This document shows positions 43,727-51,220 of a stretch of 51,220 nt of DNA, in pieces. The notes beneath the pieces are model-generated. The model searched no databases and was not told the DNA's origin. It was given only the letters and a program-made list of their open reading frames with translations. This DNA is from Craspedostauros australis (taxonomy: Eukaryota): assembly GCA_030167865.1 (NCBI GenBank), contig JALAGF010003284.1, forward strand, positions 1 through 51,220, written 5' to 3'. The position numbers and the translations under genes are program-made. Numbering within the stretch: the stretch's first letter is position 1; the number at the start of each line of letters is the position of its first letter.

Positions 43727-44767
43727 GTCTTGGCTTCCCATGCCTTCTCCTTGTGCCTTGTGTGGGTGGGTGTGTGGAGGCGAGCTTGTTTTGGGTGAGT
43801 TCTGTGGCAGCTCTTGCTCTCTCGACATCGTGCATTGTTGTCGTTCTCTCTTGTTCCATGAATCGATTCCTTGCCGTTTGATTGGCTGATTTCATTGTTC
43901 TGTTACTTTCGCACGTCTCCCACCGGTCATGAATCGCAGTCAACGTCAAACAAGTCACGAACAGTATTGGCTGCTTCAGTACCAGGCGCAAGCAGTTTGA
44001 CAGAGTGGACTCAACTAGTCGCGGACGGTTGGACATGTCGAGCGGGGTGATCTTCGCAGCCGCCAACAACTCTTCACACCTGTAAATAATATATTCAGAT
44101 CTGTATGTTAATGATATGATCACTCTCCAATCCCGCCGGCACTTTCTCGATCAACTATGGCAGAAAGTATACACACATCAACGGTAATAACCGTCGACAG
44201 AAATCGCCCACGAGGCTCTCGCAGATCACGACACGGAGTTTGACCAACAGGCCATTTTCCTTAGCGTCCAACATCCGCACTTTCTTGGTTGTGGTCTGTC
44301 ACATGTCGCCGAAATGTGTGACACCTCCTCTTCCAAGAACGAAAACTTGCCGAGCTCACCATCACACGGACAAGCATTCTCCAGCAAACCCGTACTCGAC
44401 AGCGAAGTGTTACAGCTACACGGAGTACCATCCGTGTACCGTACATGCTCGCCGTATTGTCAATCGAAGAAGCAAAGGCGCAACCAATACATACAGACGT
44501 AGCAAGAGACGCGCTACCAGACGCACTTCCGCACTCACTCAAACAACGTCAATGCGCTTTGTGCAAGCGAGGACAAACATCGGGGTTGGAGCGCATTGTG
44601 GAACAGTCTAGCGGGAAGAAAGAGCGCACTGGGAGGTTAGGAGTACTCGTGCGCAGAGCTCCGTTGCGCAAGACAACCAAGGACGGTCGAACAACGCTTG
44701 CGCCGCTCTGGGGAGTGTGACTTGCGAGTCTCATCCACGCAGGAGCCATACCTTCGAAAGGGGCACG

Positions 44768-47700
44768 ATGAATCTTTGCGGCGCGCCTGACAGCACGATT
44801 CCCAGCGGCAATGACACGACGATTCATTCCGTCCTGACATCCGAGTCATCCGACGATGGCAACCCTGGCTTTTCGCCATCACCGCGACTCAAAGCGTCGG
44901 CACCCAAATGGAGGAACTACGACCCGACGTACGGTTGTGCGAACGCACCGGAGACAATACCCACGGCGTATTCATCGTCTTTGTCTTTGAGGAAGCGCAT
45001 GCATGGCGGATCGTATGGGTCTTCTCTCGAGCGCCCGGACACTTGGGCAGGGAGGATTGCTTCGGCACGAGCATCTCAAGCATCCGAAGAGGACCGGCAG
45101 AGTCTGCGCAAGGTGGCTACGGGAAGGCAGAGACCTCGGGCGTCGGAGTCAGCCGAAGAGAAGAAATGGAAAGTCGTTCGGAAACTGGAGAGCGGCTACA
45201 AGGTGGTAAGTGTCTGCCCGCCCTAGTCACACATGACACAGTGCAGAGTACTCTACTTTACTGCACTGCACTCTGCTTTACTGTACGCTGCTCCACTGCA
45301 CTCTGAAACTTATGCGAGAATGGCATGGACTTGATCGAAAATTCGATGGACTGCTGAGCGGAAAGAGCACCGCCAGCACCATCCTTCTCCCCACTTTCCG
45401 ACCTCATCTCACCAATCCCCACACTTTCTGCGGGTGCCCTTCTACCATCACAGACCCTCCACCCGCTGCGACGGAACGGCCCAAGGCTGAGGAATGTGTA
45501 CCTTGATCTCGACCCAGGTAGGATTCATCTCAGAATACAGGCAAGAAGCCCAACGGCATCCGGAGGATTGACCAGCGGGAAAGAAGGCGACGATGTGGTC
45601 TCGACCGTTCTTCGCCGCCTTCGTATCAAGGATATCGTGAGACTGGAGATCGGTCAAGTCAACCCCAAAGTGGCCTTGACAAATCAACAGGGCAGCCAGT
45701 CAGGGCAGCTGGCCAGCTTCGTTGTTGCGACTGGTGCTGATGATAGGGACAGGAAGGCATACCACTTCGATGCTGAGTCTGCGGTTGAAAGGGATGAGAT
45801 TATTCGTGCGCTGAAGACCATCATGAAGACACGCGTGTCGATGGCCCCGCAACGACCCACGATCGACACATCAATGGACTCTGAGATCCGCATAGCGCAA
45901 TCGCTGCGCGGTCAATTCAGCAGCAGCAATGACGACGACGACGACGACGACAACAACGACGGCGCGTCCATCAAGAGCGTGAAGGGGACGCTCTCTCCAA
46001 TGAAGCGAACTCATATTCACAGTACCACGCCGCCAAACGGAATCCAGCCAGCAACCAGGACAGTGCGTACGCCTTGCGAAGAAGGCACGGAAACCAGCCT
46101 TGTGTACTTTGACTTCGACCAGATTCCTGACGAAGCGCCCACCCCTCACACATATCACCGCACACATGGCCACATCCGAAGTGGTGTGACAAAGCTGGGA
46201 TTGTCGGAATTCGGTGACATGGAAGTCCCCGTTGGTATCAAGGCAGCTACGGGCACTGGAACGGACAACCATACAGGAATGGACATAGACGAAGGCATCG
46301 ACAGGGCCATGAGAAGTGCCGACAGGTACAACACCTTCGAACCGTCCCAGCAGGAAGGCTCATACGGCAGTAGATACGGCACATCATCCGGGTTGAAACG
46401 GAGGGGATGGAACGCGGTCACAACCGTCGACATGAGAGAGAGAAATTTCGATGCATCCAACATCGTCGAAGAACGCAATGATCGAATGTCGACACCGTCG
46501 TTCTCGTCCTCCTCTTCCTCCTCGCCGTCGTCTTCCCCGTCTCGATCCTCACGCAGCGCTGGTGCCGGCCACACCTCAAAAATCAGCGGTCGCCGCACCA
46601 CCCGCGATCCTGCCACCAACAGACCCTCCAAGACGATCCGCACACGCGTGCACGTATCGACGTCAGCAAGCACACAGGCCAGCTTGCATGACATCCAACA
46701 GTCAGCATCCACTGCTTTGACGGCGGTCGATGATTCAGAACTTGCGACGATCGCAAACCAAATAGGAGAACCTTGGTGCACCGACGACGTGTGCACAATG
46801 GCCTTGAAGGACTTTGCCGACGCATGTCGTGGTGTGTTCTTGATGCGCCACACCAATGAATCTAGCGCCACGACCAAACCCAGTGGATGCCAGCAGGACC
46901 TCATGGCGGACTACGTATCAGGGACGCTGACGGCTCCTGCCAATGTGGTTTCGTTCCTTGCGGGCGGCGACGCCTGGCAGGAAACGCAGGCGAAGAACAG
47001 GAACCGCTCAGCAGACCAAGAGAGCGAGCGCATCCAGAATCGAGTTGGACAGCGCAATGGCCAAGCAAGACGCCGGGCGATACTGGTGAAGTCCATGACC
47101 TTCGCCGCGGAGGACGAACAGCTGCGACGCCCGGAAGTCCAGAACCTGCAGCGTGTGGCATCGTTCGATGACGTCGAACGTGTGGGAGGAAGAAGAGGGA
47201 AGAGTCGACGATTGGCATCCCTGACGAGACCATCGCAGATGCCGTCGCTGTTCCACCAGGTGGTTGGCAACTTGGGCAATGAAGACGAGGATACCTATGC
47301 CGCTGGTGTAGACGACGTCGACGGTGGCAATGGCAATGGCTTGCTGTATTACGACAGTGACCCCGAATTTAGCAGGGCGCACAAGCCACGCGAAAAAATC
47401 CGCGATCCATACGTCACGAAACAATCGGTTGCCTTGTGTTCGAGACGGTATCGACGTTCTCGTCACCGGCAGCGGAGAAGCAGATCCAAGGCACTGGAGA
47501 GCCTGGAGCACAGCTACGTAATGATGACCAGGCGGTTCAAGTCCATGGATGAAATGGATGTCACACACATCGTGGAGGTAAGCAGTACCCGAGAATGAGG
47601 TGCAGCCGGAAGAAGAATGATTGACCATGCCAGAGGAGGATGCCGCAGATTGGGGTGCGAGGGAGGGGGCATCATGTGTTTGCCATTGTTGTATTGTTGC

Positions 47701-48378
47701 GACGGTGGTTGACGATTGATGATTGTGTTTTGTTTTTCTTCTTCTAACGCAAAGTGTCTCTTCCAATTCACTCTTACTCGTCCCATACTGATGGTATGTG
47801 CCGTTCTCCACTCATGTGTACTCTCGGCTCACCATTCTTCCACCCCTCAACACAACCCAAACCACGCATCCTTCTCACCTTAGGTGATGAAAAACGAAGC
47901 ACTTACTCTCATACGGCATCCTCAGGCAACTGGGGAGCATCACGGCCTTCCTCCTGTATGTGTCAAGGTGTGGATCGAGTCAGGAGTGTACCTCGTCGAT
48001 GGCTCCTTCATCCTCCCCAAGCTGACTTGGTCTGCTGTTCACGAACCCGGGATGGAACTGTCACGCAAGCTCAACCTCTCTCAAGGGTCTCCGGAACAGC
48101 TCGATCTTCTCGACGTGTGTCGTGTCAAGGAGATGTGGTCCATTAACCGTGACCTGTATCCTTTCGCCCGAGCCGATCGCAGCTTCCTTATCCAAACCCA
48201 GGAGGAGGAATTCTTGTTCGAGACTCGATCTCGGGCGGAGCGCGACCGCATCGTTGATGCCATGAAGCTGTTGATCGCACGACTCGCGTCGCTTCTCATG
48301 CTGCGAGATCTACGGGCAGTGGAAGAATTCTTCGGATGCGGCAACGTTCCGGGAGAGGCGCCAAGCTGGGCGCGATAG
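44768..48378 (+). CDS. Uncharacterised 1018-aa protein with two PH-like domains (exons 44768-45205, 45454-47577, 47884-48378)
   Basis: GTG|GTAAGT (45206) to CAG (45453) and GAG|GTAAGC (47578) to TAG (47883), both phase 0, join three track ORFs; both globular parts end in F(D/E)..S..ERD.I..A(L/M)K, like a PH C-terminal helix. Confidence 0.75.
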
Positions 48379-49102
48379 ATGATTCAGAAATGGAGCATCC
48401 GCAACAGCAAAAGCAGGAACCGAAGCACCGCACCATCGACATCACAGAGACGGGGGACCCCAATTCGAATCATCGCAACAGCATAGCACACCAAAGAACG
48501 CAATTCAACATGACGCAATTGAAAGAGGAGCGGCTGAACAAGAAAACAGAGATAACGAATAGAGGCAACGTCGTATAACCAGCGAATGCATTTGAACGAT
48601 AGATGTGATGCTACCAACAGGTTGCTCTCGAGAGAGGGAGGGGAGAGTGAGTACATGCTATGAGACTGCATGCTCTACATCCAATTCAAGCGCTGACTGA
48701 CGAGTCAGAGCTCAGCTCGGTTCCCGTCGTTTGTTGAACAGCAAAGGCATGGCGTAAAATCGAGTCAACATGCAAGAGGACGCACCTGCACCATCCCTCT
48801 GCACCAGTTTGCTCATTGTTGACCGACCCATGGCATGTCTGTTCGCAGTCATACATACTCCAGACATCTTACCATGGATCTACTGTGAGTACTCCATACC
48901 ACAAGCAGCACCATCGACAACACCAGCACCTCTCATTTGAGCAGGGACGAGAATAAGGAAGAAGAATATGAAGAGCAGAGTTTTGAATCGTTCTATGGAG
49001 GTTCTCGCAGGAATAGTGTGCGGATCGTATTGGTACATGTGGTGTCGGTGTGATCTGGCGCTGTCAACACACGCGGGGGCTACCGTCGCCTTGTCACGTT
49101 GC

Positions 49103-50450
49103 TTATTTGTACAGCAGACGTTCGACGCGGAAGTTCGACATGCCTCCATTCATCTCCCCTCCATTGTTGGGGAGAAGCTTCCTCATCGAGGTGATGCCGA
49201 GCGGCATTCGTCCCGTCTCGCTGAATTCTGTGGTCTCGCTCATGGGCGTGGCAAGTTCACTCCCCATGTCGCTGAAACCAGCAGTCGATCTGGCTGGGGT
49301 CATCTTGACGCCGAGGCCCGACATGACGTTCAGCTGGTTCGTGCGGGTACCGTGCGCATTCATGCCCAGGATGCCAGATGGGTTGGTCATATTGGTTTCA
49401 TCATCGTCGTTGGCTGGGGAAGCGGCCTCGACGTCGGTGTCCTGAGTTGGCTTCGATTCGAGAGCACCTGCGATGCGGCTTTGCTCCTCCTCCTTGTGCA
49501 CCAAGATGCGGATTTGCTTGCGAAGCTCCAACCATCCTCCAGCAATCCAGAAAAGCACGATGGAAACAAACACCAATGCGAAGGAGAGGACGCTGATAGC
49601 GATGATAAGTGCCTGCTCTTCGCTTGATCGCTCCGAATCTGTTGCATCTTCGTCAGCTCCGTTGAGGGTGATCACCAAAGTCGAACCTCTTTCGTTTGTG
49701 AGGGACATCTTTTGAACAGTGATGTTGAGGCCGATTGCATTCTGCAATTCAACAAGAGGCTGGACGGTGGAGTTGGATTGGCGGTCCGTGAGCAGGACCA
49801 GCAAACCTGCCAGATCCGGGAGGCCTGTCTCCCCCGTTTGCAGCACATGGATGGATGCAAACACTCGTGTGGTTTCAGTTTCGGTTTCATTTGAGATGTT
49901 GGTGGCGTTGAAAGTCGCAGTATCCACAGTCTCAAGCGCTGCATCGCTGTTGACATCCGTACGCACAGAGATGATCTCGGACGTCTCAGGAAGTGCATTG
50001 TGCGATGGATCGTTGAGAAGGCCAGCGTAGTACTCCGTGATGCCGTTCTCGATCATGCTTGCGGCTTTAGCATCGATGGCAACCGATGACATGTCGAGCG
50101 TGATTGCTGCGACGGACTCGAAGAGCTGTGGGGACGGTGGAGGTGGAGGCGGACATGTAAGGGGAACAAAATGGTAGAACAACATGAGCACAGCGATGTA
50201 TGTTAGTTCATCCTGTCGTGTGCCAACAATCGCATGCGCGTTCCATCAATGGCGTTGTCGTTCAGTTGACCACAGCCGATCACGGGACCATGAAAGAATG
50301 AACGATACTGCTCCCGCCCGCACGGAGTCGAGGAGAGTTGTATGCAATCGAGTGACTTACGTCGGTGCGTTCCTCTTGTGCCTGGCTCACAGCCAGCATG
50401 GAAGTCAATGCAATCATGCACGACGCGATTCTTGAGGTGTGGATCATCAT
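49103..50450 (-). CDS. Type I single-pass membrane glycoprotein (370 aa; exons 50450-50361, 50125-49103)
   Basis: Signal-peptide-like MMIHTSRIASCMIALTSMLAVSQA; GAC|GTAAGT donor (50360) and CAG acceptor (50126), phase 0; N-glycosylation sequons NAT, NIS, NET, NST, NIT; TM ALIIAISVLSFALVFVSIVLFWIAGGW. Confidence 0.75.
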
Positions 50451-51220
50451 GTTTGCTTCTGTGAAAGTTGCTGCGGAATAATATGGACTTGATTGAATCT
50501 GTTGGTCTTTGAACTGTGATAGGTGTGTGTTGTGGGTGTGACTAGTTTGGAGGGGTTTGCAATGCACTCGTGGGTTCGTACGGAATGATGCGGCTGGTTT
50601 TAGTATGGTAGTGTGCGAGAATGAGGGTGGGGACGCCGTTTGTTTGTTTTGGCTTGTTATGACAGATGCGTGCTTCGGTTGTATGAGAAAAGGATTGGAT
50701 TGGATTCGTGCTGCGATGTGCACGTTGCAATGGCTCGTTGCTGATTGATGTCTGATGACTTTTGGCTGTTGCTTGTTGGTCGTTGCCTTGGGGTTGTCGG
50801 TGAGTTGCGTGCCGATGCTTTTTGTTTTGTGCTTCCGACAGCGCTCGTGGCGGTGGTTGCGAAAGAAAACAAATCGAAAGACGTGTTGCGCAAAGAAGTG
50901 AGAAGCAGGTGGGAGGCGGAATTTTGAATTTGAGATGTTGTTCATACCATTTTATTAATGCACCAATACAAATGAAATGAAAATGGTGCCGAAAAACGTT
51001 ATGGGTGGTTCCGACATCCAACGAATTGTGGGACTAAATATCCACGATTCGCAGCCAACCAGGGGCATTTCGTCGATCAGTTCGATCGTCAGCATGGGAC
51101 AGAGTCAGTCACATTTTCCTCATTCATTCACGGTTCGTATATGAGCCTGATCAGTGAGTCGACCAATCGTTTGAAATGGACATTCTAACTTTTCATCTGC
51201 GATATCCAAACCAAGCACAT

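Noticed and set aside
48697..48730. CTGACGAG hammerhead-core-like motif
   Set aside because: No GAAA after a stem II and no stems I/III.
1..51220. tRNA, rRNA or snRNA genes
   Set aside because: None recognised by eye; a covariance-model scan would be needed to exclude them.

Overview
Eukaryotic nuclear DNA, most likely from a diatom (inferred from an Ambal-type retrotransposon, diatom-type protein motifs, GT-AG introns of about 235-385 nt and many microsatellites). Bases 1-8247 hold a young-looking non-LTR retrotransposon with ORF1 plus an APE endonuclease-RT-RNase H-zinc knuckle pol frame. That pol frame has no usable AUG, overlaps ORF1 in the +1 frame, and is broken by a single in-frame TGA in a leaky-stop context between RT and RNase H. 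Bases ~8250-10400 are a transposon-remnant zone: a hairpin-rich CpG-rich island, CpG-eroded low-complexity DNA, a PIF/Harbinger-like transposase fragment and palindromes. The rest contains nine host genes: a 3-exon multi-TM protein, a NERD1/FG-GAP-like protein with a Cys-rich insert, CWC25, a 5-exon 4617-aa SH3/DUF3638/DUF3645 (SF2-like ATPase)/EF-hand/Vps62 giant, POLR3C (RPC3), an INTS6-like protein with a C-terminal WW domain, an HRI1-like protein, a 3-exon protein with two PH-like domains, and a 2-exon type I membrane protein. Exon models were built by hand from splice signals and frame continuity; family calls come from motif recognition, not database searches.
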